Shown here: piece by piece, positions 54,055 to 64,000 of the stretch
Layout of the letters: each line of letters opens with the position of its first letter
Numbering within the stretch: position 1 is the first letter of the stretch
Origin: Thermoguttaceae bacterium
GTDB lineage: Bacteria; Planctomycetota; Planctomycetia; Pirellulales; Thermoguttaceae
Reading direction: 5' to 3'
Assembly (NCBI GenBank): GCA_051651625.1
Contig: JBOFSQ010000111.1
Coordinates: 229-64,228 of the forward strand
DNA length: 64,000 nt
Notes under the pieces: model-generated
Seen by the model: only the letters and a program-made list of their open reading frames with translations
What the model was told of the DNA's origin: nothing
The model's database searches: none
Translations under genes and position numbers: made by a program

Positions 54055-54092
54055 AAAAAAGGGCAGGCCAAACTGGCCCGCCCCGTGTTTGC
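54055..54092 (-). terminator. Rho-independent terminator (second copy of the same 30-bp sequence), serving the minus-strand lipoprotein gene
   Basis: Minus strand reads aaacacggggcgggccagtttggcctgccc followed by ttttttcttttt. Confidence 0.55.
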
Positions 54093-54123
54093 GTGCGCAA
54101 TTTGTAAACGCAAAGCCTACTCG

Positions 54124-54534
54124 TTACGGTTTCTCAACGGTGATGTTAAACACAGTCGCACCTTTCACGTCGCACGTCAGACCAGATGTCTCGCGGCTGG
54201 CGAACTTCTTGGCGACCATTTCCGTAACGACTGCCTTACTAGGATCGGGCGAACCTTTGCTGTCAACAACTTGCGTTCCTACTATGAACACTTGGTACGT
54301 TCCCCCTGGAATTCCGCTTCCTTTCGTTGCGCCTTCTAGTTTGTAGGTTCCATCGGGGGCGATGAAACCCGACACCAAATCTTTATCGCTCTGAAAGTTT
54401 ACTTCACCTTTGGTTACAGGCGTTCCATCGGGAAACGTCACCTTGCCCGAAACACCAACACCGCCACTGCAACCGCTCAAGAATACGGCTACTGCAAGCA
54501 CACACAAACTACACACAAACTTTCGCTTCAGCAT
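54124..54534 (-). CDS. Small lipoprotein (carboxypeptidase-regulatory-like), DUF1559 companion
   Basis: Lipobox VFLSGC, then [20 protein letters not shown]. Paralogue of 35824-36294. Confidence 0.7.
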   Translation of the reverse strand: MLKRKFVCSLCVLAVAVFLSGCSGGVGVSGKVTFPDGTPVTKGEVNFQSDKDLVSGFIAPDGTYKLEGATKGSGIPGGTYQVFIVGTQVVDSKGSPDPSKAVVTEMVAKKFASRETSGLTCDVKGATVFNITVEKP

Positions 54535-54577
54535 ATATCAACTCGCTTTCTAGTTCAAAACATGACAACAGTTAACG

Positions 54578-54612
54578 CTTCATTCCGTCATTCCTGCGTA
54601 GGCAGGAATCTA
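54578..54612. repeat. Family C hairpin variant
   Basis: cattccgtcattcctgcgtaggcaggaatc. Confidence 0.85.
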
Positions 54613-54844
54613 AAGAGAAATCGAAAATCACACGATTGCATCCGTTGTATCGAATCCAAAGCCCCAAAGGGGCGACAAGAACTTAGCCGTGGGTGAGCGG
54701 TATTCCGCGAACCCACGGTAGGCGACCCCAAAAAATCCGTAGCCCCAACGGGGCGCAAGAATCTCACCGTGTCATCTCTTTCGCCCCGTTGGGGCAACGC
54801 TGTCGCATTTCGCGTCAAAGGACGTTCAATAATCCACAAACACA

Positions 54845-55930
54845 CTACGGCAACGACACACTCTCGCCATCAGATACGTCTGAAAGTGGGCAGAGAATAG
54901 TGTCCATTGGCGTGGTATTACTCACGGATCGCACGGCACCGTCACCCAGCAAAAAATTACAAACACCAGCATGACTGCTACCAAAGCCATAATTATGGAA
55001 AGGGTTATTCGGAGACAAATAATCATTTGGTCCCTTGGCAAGACGTTGCCCGTCCCCCATTTGACGTACCGCTGATGGTGCCCCCCAACCAGCGACGGTA
55101 AAAATACTGCAATCTCCTTGCGTGTGAAGACCAGCGTTTCCATCACACTTACCGATTACGTCTTGCGGCACATGCTTTTCACCTACCACGAGTTGGTTAC
55201 TCGAACCATCTTTCCACCACGACATCTTGTCGCGTGGCTTGTTGTTATTTGTGTTCGTACCCATAAGCCGGGCAACACGCAACGGACCAAAATGCAGGTC
55301 GGCCATTCCGCCATCGCCTGAGTTGAAACAATAAATCCAGTCGAGATTCCCAGCAGGTAGGTTGCGTCGCCGTACAATACACGCATAATCACCGCAAGGT
55401 CCAATTGGCATCTCTGGCAAGTCTGTCGTCGTTGTCATCTGTACTCCGGTGCGCCGCGATGGACACTTGAAGATGGGGACGGAACCATACGCCTTGCGGT
55501 CTGTATCGTCTAACAGATTGAGCCACCAACTATAGTAACGCGCCCTAGCGAGGTTGGTACCAGTGGTAACGCTTGGGTCTTGCAATGCGCTTTCTTGCCC
55601 TTTAGCATAGATGCGGTCGTATGTGGCATTTTGTTCCATATACGGCATCAGCAACACGAAAAAACCCGGGCGTGACTCGTGAATCACAACCGGTGGCAAC
55701 ATCCCGCCGGACGAGTCGATGAAGTTGTGTACACCCAACCCAAACTGTTTGAGATTGTTGGTACAGGTCATTCGTCTTGCCGCTTCGCGTGCGGCTTGCA
55801 CTGCGGGAAGCAAAAGCGCAACCAACACGCCGATGATCGCAATGACCACCAGCAATTCTACTAGCGTGAACCCAGACGATTTTTTTGTGTTATACAGCAT
55901 TGTAAAGTCTCCTTGTAAAAGAAGTGTCAT
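54845..55930 (-). CDS. DUF1559 / H-X9-DG prepilin-type protein
   Basis: [39 protein letters not shown]-terminal [14 protein letters not shown]. The likely start MLYNTKK at 55900 gives a normal 10-aa leader. Confidence 0.85.
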   Translation of the reverse strand: MTLLLQGDFTMLYNTKKSSGFTLVELLVVIAIIGVLVALLLPAVQAAREAARRMTCTNNLKQFGLGVHNFIDSSGGMLPPVVIHESRPGFFVLLMPYMEQNATYDRIYAKGQESALQDPSVTTGTNLARARYYSWWLNLLDDTDRKAYGSVPIFKCPSRRTGVQMTTTTDLPEMPIGPCGDYACIVRRRNLPAGNLDWIYCFNSGDGGMADLHFGPLRVARLMGTNTNNNKPRDKMSWWKDGSSNQLVVGEKHVPQDVIGKCDGNAGLHTQGDCSIFTVAGWGAPSAVRQMGDGQRLAKGPNDYLSPNNPFHNYGFGSSHAGVCNFLLGDGAVRSVSNTTPMDTILCPLSDVSDGESVSLP

Positions 55931-55960
55931 TGAAACGTAAATGGAAATCTAACGAGCACG

Positions 55961-55994
55961 CTTATAGGTCATATAGGCCCTATGTGTCCTATAG
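55961..55994. repeat. Family D palindrome
   Basis: cttataggtcatataggccctatgtgtcctatag. Confidence 0.8.
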
Positions 55995-56217
55995 CGTGAT
56001 TTTCTTTTCTGTGCCAACCTAACAAAATCCTTTCCACGTTAGGGGAATAAATATCAATAGAAACGCGACCATAATAGAATCTGTTTTGCCCGTATGGCAT
56101 CAACGATTCTCCAACTCAGATGAATGCCCTACGGGCAAAACAATTCCTGTTAGCCGGCCTCGTTCTATTGATGTTGTTGCCCTGCGGGCAGAAGGAAATC
56201 TACACGCAACCGAACTC

Positions 56218-57498
56218 CTACGGCGCAACCGATTCTCCGCCATTGATCGAACCAAGCGCACCCCAAACCCCAAATTGTGATGCACCACTTGTGACGGGTT
56301 TCGCCGCATTTGTGGCTGCTCCCGTCGGATCGTTTGAATAACCCGTCGTGATTGCACTGATTGTATCAGAGACAAACTGCACGGAGCCATCAACTCGTGC
56401 CACGCAAACTCCGCCAGAGTGTTCGCTGGAAGCCGACATCGCCGCGCGAAAACTACAGAAGTCTATTAGTGGGGCGGCAGCGGTTCCTTGGAGAGTGCAA
56501 CTAGGAGAATTGGGAGGCAAGAGCGTGGTGAAACTCGTGAAGACAGGGCGTCCGTCAGACCACCGCTTGCCAGTCAACCGCCCTCGGTCATCTGCCGGGA
56601 CACCTGCCGCAAGATACTCCTTACGCCCATCAATGGTGCTCATGCACGCATATACCGGCAGGCTGGTCACCGCCGTTGTAGCCATGCCGGGAATTTCTGC
56701 CCACGCACCTTTGATGGGAAACGTGTTGCGCTTCGTCTTCGCGTTGCCCGCAACACACTTTTCCGAGAAGATGATTGTATTACTTGTGCCATCAACGACC
56801 GACGCCATTGAGTTCCAACGTGGTCCGGGGGAGAATACACCACGCGGATTGTCTGCGACAGTAGCAGCACTTGGCCAGTCACCAAGCGAATAGGCATACG
56901 AAATGGCTGCCCCTTCTTTCGCGTTTCGATCTGATGGGCACTGCACGGTTAGAATTTCCGCGCCGAATGGTTCCAAGTGTGGTTCCGGATCAAGACCTGC
57001 ATTCGCACCCGATACCGCCAAGTCGTAAATGGCTTGCTGTTCTATGAACGGTGTCAACATCATGAATGGGCTGTAGTAGGAGATGGCCCGCGGCACAGGT
57101 GGAGTGCCAACCATAATCGTCGGATGCTTGATGTAACCATTTCCGGCCGGAAACGAACCGTTGGTGTCGTGGTAGTTTTGTGCGGCGAGTGCGAGTTGTT
57201 TGAGTTGGTTTGTACACGTCATTCTTCTTGCAGCTTCTCGTGCGGCTTGCACGGCGGGGAGAAGGAGCGCGACGAGTACGCCGATGATCGCGATGACGAC
57301 CAGCAGTTCGACGAGAGTGAATGCGCGGCGGAGAAGAGAGCCACCGTTACGCAGATCGACACTGTGCAGATCGAAGTCGAGAGAACGACTTCGTGAGGAA
57401 GAGAAGGGTGTTTGGACGCGAAGACTTCGCGTTTTACGCGAGCTGCCCCCCCCCCCCCAGCTTAACAAACTTAACAGCAATCGCTGACAGGTGGTCAA
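56218..57498 (-). CDS. DUF1559 / H-X9-DG prepilin-type protein with a long leader containing a G13 tract
   Basis: [40 protein letters not shown]-terminal [14 protein letters not shown]. There is no in-frame ATG between the G13 tract and the pilin motif, so translation must start upstream of the tract. Confidence 0.8.
   Translation of the reverse strand: MTTCQRLLLSLLSWGGGGSSRKTRSLRVQTPFSSSRSRSLDFDLHSVDLRNGGSLLRRAFTLVELLVVIAIIGVLVALLLPAVQAAREAARRMTCTNQLKQLALAAQNYHDTNGSFPAGNGYIKHPTIMVGTPPVPRAISYYSPFMMLTPFIEQQAIYDLAVSGANAGLDPEPHLEPFGAEILTVQCPSDRNAKEGAAISYAYSLGDWPSAATVADNPRGVFSPGPRWNSMASVVDGTSNTIIFSEKCVAGNAKTKRNTFPIKGAWAEIPGMATTAVTSLPVYACMSTIDGRKEYLAAGVPADDRGRLTGKRWSDGRPVFTSFTTLLPPNSPSCTLQGTAAAPLIDFCSFRAAMSASSEHSGGVCVARVDGSVQFVSDTISAITTGYSNDPTGAATNAAKPVTSGASQFGVWGALGSINGGESVAP
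57446..57458 (-). repeat. Homopolymer G13 (C13 on the + strand) inside the 5' coding leader
   Basis: Minus strand reads TGTTAAGCTGGGGGGGGGGGGGCAGCT. Confidence 0.95.
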
Positions 57499-57925
57499 CT
57501 ATCGCAACCCAGAGACACCAGCAAAACCGGTCCATACGTTCCTCCTCAAGAAATGGAAGTAAAGGGTTCACCAAGAAAACAACTGAGCGTGCGCACCGAG
57601 CAAACACGTCGCGTGTGAGTTTAGCCCCGCAGCGAGGATGTGTCAAGAGGGAAGTGAAAAGTTTTGTGAAGCCGTTCGCGGATTTGCTGCCGTTTTGGCG
57701 TCCTTTCCTCAATCCCGTAGGGATTTCGTTATGGTAGAAAACGAGTGATAATGCGTTCCAAACCCCGCTAGGGGTTCCGTTATGGTAGAGAACGTGTGCC
57801 GACCATAACGCAACTCCTACGGAGTTGTTTTCGTTACACGTCGCGTGCGTGCTACCATAACGGAATGCCTAACGGCATTCGAGAACGGAATAAAACCGTG
57901 AACGCTTACAGTTTTTTGAAACCGT

Positions 57926-60900
57926 TCATGGATTGTCGCGTCGCGGTGAACCATCACGCGGCGGCCCGCTACTTCGTGGACGATTGCCACCTCCACCGAA
58001 CGGACGGTCGCCGCGAGGGCGATCATCTCGCGGTCGGTCGCTGCGTGGACGATCACCACCTCCGCCGAATGGACGGTCGCCGCGAGGGCGATCATCACGC
58101 GGTCGGTCGTTGCGTGGACGATCACCACCTCCGCCGAACGGACGATCTCCGCGTGGGCGATCACCGCCACCGAATGGACGGTCGCCGCGTGGGCGATCAT
58201 CACGCGGCCTGTCGCTGCGTGGACGATCACCACCACCGCCGAATGGACGGTCGCCGCGTGAGCGATCATCACGCGGTCGGTCGTTGCGTGGACGATCACC
58301 GCCACCGCCGAATGGACGGTCGCCGCGAGGGCGATCATCACGTGGTCGGTCGCTGCGTGGACGATCACCGCCACCACCGAATGGACGGTCGCCGCGTGGG
58401 CGATCATCACGTGGTCGGTCGCTTCGTGGACGATCACCGCCACCGCCGAATGGACGGTCGCCGCGAGGGCGATCATCGCGTGGTCGGTCGCTTCGTGGAC
58501 GATCACCACCGCCGCCGAATGGACGGTCGCCGCGTGGGCGATCATCACGCGGTCGGTCGTTGCGTGGACGATCACCACCACCGCCGAATGGACGGTCGCC
58601 GCGTGGGCGATCATCACGCGGCCTGTCGCTTCGTGGACGATCACCACCACCGCCGAATGGACGGTCTCCGCGCGGGCGATCATCACGCGGTCTGTCGCTT
58701 CGTGGACGATCACCACCGCCACCGAACGGACGATCTCCGCGTGGGCGATCATCACGCGGCCTGTCGCTTCGTGGACGATCACCGCCGCCACCGAACGGAC
58801 GGTCGCCACGCGGGCGATCATCACGCGGTCTGTCGTTTCGTGGACGATCACCGCCACCGAATGGACGGTCGCCGCGTGGGCGATCATCACGCGGGCGGTC
58901 TTCGCGTGGTCGCCACTCGCCTCTCGCCTCTCGTCTCTCGCCACTTCTTCCGCCGGCACCGAACGAACGTTCGCCACGCGGTCTGTCTTCGCGCGGTCGC
59001 CACTCGCCTCTCGATTCTCGCCTCTCGAATGGTCTACCATAGCGCGGACGTTCGCGCGAAGCGGCGCGTTCTTCTGCAACCTTTTCGCGGGCGAGACGGT
59101 CTTCCTCACGCTGCGCCTCTTCGAGTCGCTTCTTCGCAAGCTGCTGCATCTGCAAACGTTTGACACGCGACGACTGCCGAATCGCCTGCTCCTTCGACGG
59201 ATATTTCGGAATCAAAACGCCAATCAAGTCCTCACGCTGCGCCTCTTTGAGTGCCGACTTGACATCGTGATAAAACGCCGGATCGTAGTAGAGCAAGAGT
59301 GCCTTTTGGAGCCGCCGACCTCGCAGTCCCTTCTCTGTTATCACTCGCTCGCCATTGATTGGATTGAGGCCAGTGTAATACATACACGTTGCCAGCGTCA
59401 TCGGCGTCGGGATAAAGTCTTGAACCTGTTCAGGGCGGATGCGTTCACGCATCAAAAACTCTGCAACGTTAACCATTGATGAAAGTGTCGCACCGGGGAG
59501 TCCCGCCATCAAGTATGGTACGAGATAAAGCTCACGCCCGTGCCGCGCCGCTGATGCGAAAAATGCCCGCGTGAAATCGTTGTGCGACTCTATCGCCGGC
59601 TTGTTGATGAGTGCCAACACGCGCGGATCGGTATGCTCTGGTGCCGTCTTGAGATGGCCGCCGACGTGATGACCGACAATTTCGTCGATGTAATGTTCGT
59701 CGCACAGTGCCAAATCGGTTCGCACTCCCGACGCAATGAACACCGCCTTCACGCCGTCCTGCTCGCGTGCCTTTTTCATCAGAGTAATAATCGCGTGATG
59801 ATCGGTGGAGAGCTTTTCACACCGCTTCGGCACGAGACACGAAAGTCGCTGACAAACCTTGCGACGTTCGTTGTCGGTACAACCGAGTTTGTACATATTC
59901 GCCGACGGCCCGCCGATGTCGGACACGACTCCGCGACTCGCTGAGTTCGCCACGACCGCCGCAACCTCCGCGAGAATCGATCCCTCACTGCGACTCTGTA
60001 TCACCTTCCCCTGATGCAGCGTGAGCGAACAGAATGCACAACCGCCAAAACATCCGCGATGAGAAATGATCGAATCGCGAACTACAGTGAACGCCGGAAT
60101 GGGCGACTTCGCATACGACGGATGCGGACGCCGCACGAACGGAAGCGACGCAATCTGGTCCATCGCATCTTGCGAGAGCGGCAGACTCGGCGGATTGATT
60201 ACAACCGCCTCCTGATCAAACTGTTGCACCAACGTCGCCGCCGAATAAGGATTGGCGTTGCTATACACTGCGTTAGTCATCGCAACAAAGAAACGACGAC
60301 CGGCATCGCTGTCTTCCGCAACCTCTTCGTGACTCGGCAAGTAAACCGTCTCTGGCGTCTCTTCGGGGATGTCTTCCGACGCACCGATTCTGTACGCCGT
60401 TCCGCGAACGTTCCGAATTGTACGAATCGCTTCGCCACGCTGGAGCGACTGGACAACTTCACGAATCGCCGTCTCGCCATTTCCGTAGACGAGTAAGTCG
60501 GCCTTGCTGTCGAAGATAATTGAACGGCGAACTTTGTCGCTCCAGAAGTCGTAGTGACTTATCCGCCGCAACGACGCCTCAATTCCACCAATGATAATTG
60601 GTACTCCTTGAAACGCCTCGCGGGCACGCTGCGCGTAGACGCTCGTCGCGCGGTCAGGACGCAAACCGCCAAGCCCCGCCGGAGAATAGGCGTCGTCGTT
60701 GCGACGTTTGCGACTCGCGGTGTAGTGGTTCACCATCGAATCGACGTTCCCCGCCGAGATGCAAAACGCAAGTCGCGGTTCACCAAACGTCTTCCACGCC
60801 TCGCAGTCTTTCCAGTCGGGCTGCGACAGAATCGCAACGCGAAGTTGCTCCGCCTCAAGAACGCGGCCAATTACCGCCGCGGCAAAACTAGGGTGATCGA

Positions 60901-61015
60901 CGTAGGCGTCGCCCGTCACCAAAACAATATCGACGCTGTCCCAACCCCGCGCGAGCATCTCGTCGCGCGTCATCGGCAAAAATTGGTGTGAGGACGCGTC
61001 GGATGTTGATGTCAT
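57926..61015 (-). CDS. ygiQ: YgiQ-family radical SAM protein (UPF0313) with a ~375-aa Arg/Asp/Pro/Gly repeat tail
   Basis: [22 protein letters not shown] and CxxxCxxC in [11 protein letters not shown]. Start MTSTSD at 61015. The tail is [23 protein letters not shown] repeated. Confidence 0.85.
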   Translation of the reverse strand: MTSTSDASSHQFLPMTRDEMLARGWDSVDIVLVTGDAYVDHPSFAAAVIGRVLEAEQLRVAILSQPDWKDCEAWKTFGEPRLAFCISAGNVDSMVNHYTASRKRRNDDAYSPAGLGGLRPDRATSVYAQRAREAFQGVPIIIGGIEASLRRISHYDFWSDKVRRSIIFDSKADLLVYGNGETAIREVVQSLQRGEAIRTIRNVRGTAYRIGASEDIPEETPETVYLPSHEEVAEDSDAGRRFFVAMTNAVYSNANPYSAATLVQQFDQEAVVINPPSLPLSQDAMDQIASLPFVRRPHPSYAKSPIPAFTVVRDSIISHRGCFGGCAFCSLTLHQGKVIQSRSEGSILAEVAAVVANSASRGVVSDIGGPSANMYKLGCTDNERRKVCQRLSCLVPKRCEKLSTDHHAIITLMKKAREQDGVKAVFIASGVRTDLALCDEHYIDEIVGHHVGGHLKTAPEHTDPRVLALINKPAIESHNDFTRAFFASAARHGRELYLVPYLMAGLPGATLSSMVNVAEFLMRERIRPEQVQDFIPTPMTLATCMYYTGLNPINGERVITEKGLRGRRLQKALLLYYDPAFYHDVKSALKEAQREDLIGVLIPKYPSKEQAIRQSSRVKRLQMQQLAKKRLEEAQREEDRLAREKVAEERAASRERPRYGRPFERRESRGEWRPREDRPRGERSFGAGGRSGERREARGEWRPREDRPRDDRPRGDRPFGGGDRPRNDRPRDDRPRGDRPFGGGGDRPRSDRPRDDRPRGDRPFGGGGDRPRSDRPRDDRPRGDRPFGGGGDRPRSDRPRDDRPRGDRPFGGGGDRPRNDRPRDDRPRGDRPFGGGGDRPRSDRPRDDRPRGDRPFGGGGDRPRSDRPRDDRPRGDRPFGGGGDRPRSDRPRDDRPRGDRPFGGGGDRPRNDRPRDDRSRGDRPFGGGGDRPRSDRPRDDRPRGDRPFGGGDRPRGDRPFGGGGDRPRNDRPRDDRPRGDRPFGGGGDRPRSDRPRDDRPRGDRPFGGGGNRPRSSGPPRDGSPRRDNP
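57960..58885. repeat. 69-bp tandem repeat, ~13 units (coding, in ygiQ 3' region)
   Basis: ggacggtcgccgcg(a/t)gggcgatcatc recurs at 58002, 58071 and so on with period 69. All three + frames and the other - frames stay open, producing several shadow ORFs. Confidence 0.9.
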
Positions 61016-61084
61016 GTGTGGGTACTCGATGTTGGTTTGGGTGTAAGTGTTCACGGATTTTGCGATTACGAGCGGCTCTTTTTT

Positions 61085-61168
61085 CGCACGAAGGCGCAAA
61101 GAGCACAAAGGACACGAAGAGGATTGAAGTTGCAAACGTTCCTTTGTGATCTTCGTGTACTTCGTGGG
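61085..61168. repeat. Family E hairpin (CACGAAG/CACAAAGG words)
   Basis: gcacgaaggcgcaaagagcacaaaggacacgaagagg ... cctttgtgatcttcgtgtacttcgtg. Confidence 0.8.
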
Positions 61169-61225
61169 CAAAAAAGAACGGTCAATCGGCGATGCTACTT
61201 GCAACCGCGAACGGTTACACGAAAA

Positions 61226-61936
61226 TCACTTGCTGGGTTTCTTGCCCACTTTTTTCTTGGCCGTTTTTTTGCGCGGTGAGCCGATGCGAGGTGGGGCGAG
61301 ACCAGCTTGTTCGGCCATTTCGCTGATCATTTCGATCATCTGCACCATCTCTTCTGGCGTAAGTTCTTCGGCGTCGTTGTCGTCATCATCATCGTCGTCG
61401 TCATCAGAACGTTGCGAAGATGCCGCAATCGGCAACTCCGAGATCAGGTCGATCATTTCGAGTGCGGCTTCGGCGACTTCCGCACCTTTGTTTCCGGCGG
61501 TCGGATCGACTCCCTTGTCTCGCAACGACGCCTTGCCACCACACCGTGCGATTGCCTGATCCATTGAGTCGCAAGTCAAAATGCCGAATAGAATCGGCGT
61601 CTCTTGGTGACAATGAATCTGTGAGAGCGTCTTGCTGACGGCGTGATTAATGTAGACGTTGTGATCGGTCTCACCGCGAATGACGGCACCCAAACAAATG
61701 ATCGCCGCAAAGTTTGCGCGATAAGCAAGCCGCGCGGCGATACACGGAATCTCAAACGCGCCGGGGACCCAGCAAACGGTGATGTCTTTGTCGTCAACGC
61801 CGTTACGTTTGAGCGTGCTGACGGCACCTTCGAGAAGGCGGTCGGTAATGCTCCGGTTAAACTTCGAGACAACGATTGCAATTTTCCGCATGTCATCGGG
61901 CGGCGGACATACCCTTCCTTCATAGGTCATCATCAA
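61226..61936 (-). CDS. ribH: 6,7-dimethyl-8-ribityllumazine synthase with a ~75-aa C-terminal acidic/basic extension
   Basis: IAIVVSKFNRSITDRLLEGA, WVPGAFEIP, GAVIRGETDH, NKGAEVAEAALEM. Then SDDDDDDDDDNDAEEL...PRKKTAKKKVGKKPSK. Confidence 0.9.
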   Translation of the reverse strand: MMMTYEGRVCPPPDDMRKIAIVVSKFNRSITDRLLEGAVSTLKRNGVDDKDITVCWVPGAFEIPCIAARLAYRANFAAIICLGAVIRGETDHNVYINHAVSKTLSQIHCHQETPILFGILTCDSMDQAIARCGGKASLRDKGVDPTAGNKGAEVAEAALEMIDLISELPIAASSQRSDDDDDDDDDNDAEELTPEEMVQMIEMISEMAEQAGLAPPRIGSPRKKTAKKKVGKKPSK

Positions 61937-61972
61937 AAAGTGTCCTCAATCTTACGGGGGGAAATTGTCACG

Positions 61973-62067
61973 GGTATACTCAAGATGGTTTGAATTTCCC
62001 GTACCAAAACGGTAGCGGCCCATCGAGGCCGCGGTCTTACGGTGGGCGAAGCCTACAAATCGCCCCG
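61973..62067 (-). other. Conserved ~95-nt element, family H, copy 2
   Basis: Reverse complement matches 44382-44477. Lies 36 nt upstream of the ribH start on the minus strand. Confidence 0.6.
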
Positions 62068-62083
62068 TCACGGGGCTTGGCCG

Positions 62084-62527
62084 TCACGACAGGCCGATAC
62101 GTTTTTCAATGTCTACGATTTTTGCGAGTCGTTGGTCGTGGCGACCGCCGTCGTATGGTGCGTTGAGCCAGTGTCGCACGATCCCAAATAACACATCGCG
62201 TCCTAGCAGATTCGCCGAGAGGCACAGAACGTTTGCGTCGTTGTGACGCCGACTTATCTCGGCCACCACTTGATTTGCGCACGTCACCGCGCGCACTCCA
62301 GTGAACTTGTTCGCGGCTATCGACATTCCGATTCCGGTGCCGCACAGGAGTATTCCGACATCGGCATCGCCTTGGGCGACACGCCGAGCGACTTCACCCG
62401 CAACATCGGGGTAGTCGTTCGACGACGGCACGGCGACAGCATCGTGTCCTTCCGCGACGAGGGTGTCGGTCAAAAGTTGGCACATCTCAACGCCGCGGTG
62501 GTCGCTACCAACAGCAATCCGCTTCAT
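62084..62527 (-). CDS. rpiB: Ribose-5-phosphate isomerase B
   Basis: IAVGSDHRG, LLCGTGIGMSIAANK. 147 aa. Confidence 0.9.
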   Translation of the reverse strand: MKRIAVGSDHRGVEMCQLLTDTLVAEGHDAVAVPSSNDYPDVAGEVARRVAQGDADVGILLCGTGIGMSIAANKFTGVRAVTCANQVVAEISRRHNDANVLCLSANLLGRDVLFGIVRHWLNAPYDGGRHDQRLAKIVDIEKRIGLS

Positions 62528-62684
62528 AAGACACCATCACCTTTCTACAGCAACGCTTTAACTGCCCGGCGACTCGACACTGGGAAATCAACAGGGACGG
62601 AGTATACCACAGACTCCACCAGTTGCCACTCCCCGCGAGAAACTTAAGCCGTTCTGCCAACAAGTTTCATCATCGCTCACGATT

Positions 62685-62780
62685 AGACTTGTTCGGAAAA
62701 CGTCAATTTGGGGTGATTTGGTAGTTCTGGTTCGGCTATGCCGAACCGATGCGTGGGTGCAAGTTTCTGAACAGGTCTAT
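62685..62780 (-). repeat. Family A element with collapsed core (one arm only), copy A9
   Basis: agacttgttcggaaaa ... tggtagttctggttcggctatgccgaacc ... gcaagtttctgaacaggtct. Confidence 0.8.
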
Positions 62781-62963
62781 TTGTCTCTTCGGATGAGGTT
62801 CTACAATGTGGCGGTTTGGGGGGAATAGCCAGACTCGTCGCCACAAATGTTAAGATTTTCTGGTTGGATAGCCTAAAGCGACTTTGCCTTTTGTGACGAT
62901 AGTGACGCCACGATACTTCCCTTTCGGGTTCAAACCTGCGTCTGAATTTACGCTGCAAGTCAC

Positions 62964-64000
62964 ATGTCACACAACACTTTCTCAACGCCGTCCCGCTCGC
63001 CTGTCGCAACTAACGTTGGGTTACAGTCGTCACCGCAACAGATGCTCGACGAAGTGGCCCATCGTGAGAGCCGGCTCAACGCCCGCGTCGCGCAGTTTGA
63101 AAACTTGGTTCGGCAGACGAAACTCGCTCTACAAAATCAGAGCGACGATTTAGACCGTCGAGAACGGCAACTAGGTGAACAAGATACGCAGATTCAGAGT
63201 CAAAGAGTCATGCACGAAGAGCGACTCCGAATCGAGCAGCAGCAAGTCGAGCACGAGCGTTTGGAGCTTCAAGCGAGAAAGTCGGCGGTTGACGACCGCT
63301 TGCAACGACGTGAACGCGAACTCCACGAACTCGCCCAGCAGCGCGAACGCGAAATGACGCTCAAACTAGAGCAACACCGCGAAATGCTCGAAACTCGTCT
63401 CGAAGAGTTCAAGGCCGACCTCCAGCGACGTTATCACCAAAAATGCGACGAACTCGAAAACAGCTACACCGTCTCAACACACGAAGCGAAGACGCAATTT
63501 GAAGAAGAACGTCGCGCAATCGAAGTCGCATTTTCGCAGCGTGCAGACCGTCTCGAACGCGACTACGAAGAACGTCGCGCGGTCATCGAACGCGAGTCAA
63601 AGGCGTTACTCGAATCGCAGCAGCGTCAACTCCAGAGTCACAAGGCTGAACTCGACGAAGCAGTTCTGAAACGACAGCGACAGTGGGAAGAAGACTGGCT
63701 CTCGGCTCGCCGCGAAATGGAAGAAAAACTCGCACGCCGCGAACAAGAACTCAAAGACCGCGACGCAATGCTCCACACAATGGAGACCGAGTGGGAAGTC
63801 CGCCGCACAACGTTTGAGTCGCAGTGGAACGAGTACGAAAAAGTTCGGCAAGAACGACTGACGGAGTTCGCGCAGCGTGAGGCAACTCTCGTCGAACGCG
63901 AGCAAGAAGTAATCGCACGCGAAAAGCAGATACGCGACTGCGAACACAATCTCGCCGCACGCGAAGACCTCGTTTGTTTGACGCAGCAGCAGTGCGAACA
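62964..64000 (+). CDS. Coiled-coil protein (E/R/Q-rich), 3' end outside window
   Basis: It is not in the ORF track because no stop occurs. I translated from ATG 62964: MSHNTFSTPSRSPVATNVGLQSSPQQMLDEVAHRESRLNARVAQFENLVRQ...EREQEVIAREKQIRDCEHNLAAREDLVCLTQQQCE. The frame stays open for all 345 codons. Confidence 0.6.
   Translation, partial: MSHNTFSTPSRSPVATNVGLQSSPQQMLDEVAHRESRLNARVAQFENLVRQTKLALQNQSDDLDRRERQLGEQDTQIQSQRVMHEERLRIEQQQVEHERLELQARKSAVDDRLQRRERELHELAQQREREMTLKLEQHREMLETRLEEFKADLQRRYHQKCDELENSYTVSTHEAKTQFEEERRAIEVAFSQRADRLERDYEERRAVIERESKALLESQQRQLQSHKAELDEAVLKRQRQWEEDWLSARREMEEKLARREQELKDRDAMLHTMETEWEVRRTTFESQWNEYEKVRQERLTEFAQREATLVEREQEVIAREKQIRDCEHNLAAREDLVCLTQQQCE

Noticed and set aside
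57796-59166. Three 370-455-aa ORFs (two on the + strand, one alternative - frame) over the ygiQ 3' region.
   Set aside because: They exist only because the 69-bp tandem repeat lacks stops in several frames. The frame continuous with the YgiQ core is the credible one.
61937-62083. FMN riboswitch upstream of ribH.
   Set aside because: The leader lacks the conserved FMN-aptamer core as I remember it, and the same element also precedes an unrelated gene (44382-44477). It is reported instead as an unclassified conserved element.

Overview
This 64-kb chromosomal segment looks planctomycetal. It carries three prepilin-type ([16 protein letters not shown]) DUF1559 / H-X9-DG proteins with companion small lipoproteins. 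It also carries Gram-negative envelope and housekeeping genes: bamA, lpxK, tatC, ftsY, pyrC, hom, ribH, rpiB, a fused hisH-hisF, a POT transporter, an MCP and a hybrid histidine kinase. About 45 protein genes and one tRNA-Val(TAC) are supportable; I saw no rRNA and no CRISPR array. The left end (1-5493) is the tRNA-proximal end of a decayed integrative island, with an internally deleted tyrosine integrase next to tRNA-Val. The island carries a type IIG-family restriction-modification methyltransferase translationally coupled to an AT-rich HEPN gene and an unrecognisable 312-aa gene. This is my best candidate for an undescribed defence module. Two other accessory cassettes stand out. One is an orphan HepT-like HEPN gene whose catalytic Arg is Cys, followed by an AAA-ATPase/PD-(D/E)XK gene (15.7-17.8 kb). 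The other is a solo vapD bounded by a duplicated 30-bp terminator (53.6-54.1 kb). Several sequence-level oddities are present. G12 and G13 homopolymer tracts with conserved flanks sit in the 5' leaders of two of the three DUF1559 genes (possible phase variation). A 69-bp x ~13 tandem repeat gives a YgiQ radical-SAM protein an Arg/Asp/Pro/Gly tail. Lumazine synthase has a poly-Asp / Lys-rich tail. The load of intergenic palindromic repeat families is very heavy, and one MITE-like family (9 copies) abuts or supplies stop codons. Several enzymes are archaeal- or eukaryote-type: Top6B without adjacent Top6A, cupin-type PGI, plant-like glucuronokinase and a His7-like HisHF fusion. All functional calls come from motif recognition by eye; no database search was run. 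Coordinates of non-ORF features are hand-counted and may be off by 1-2 nt.
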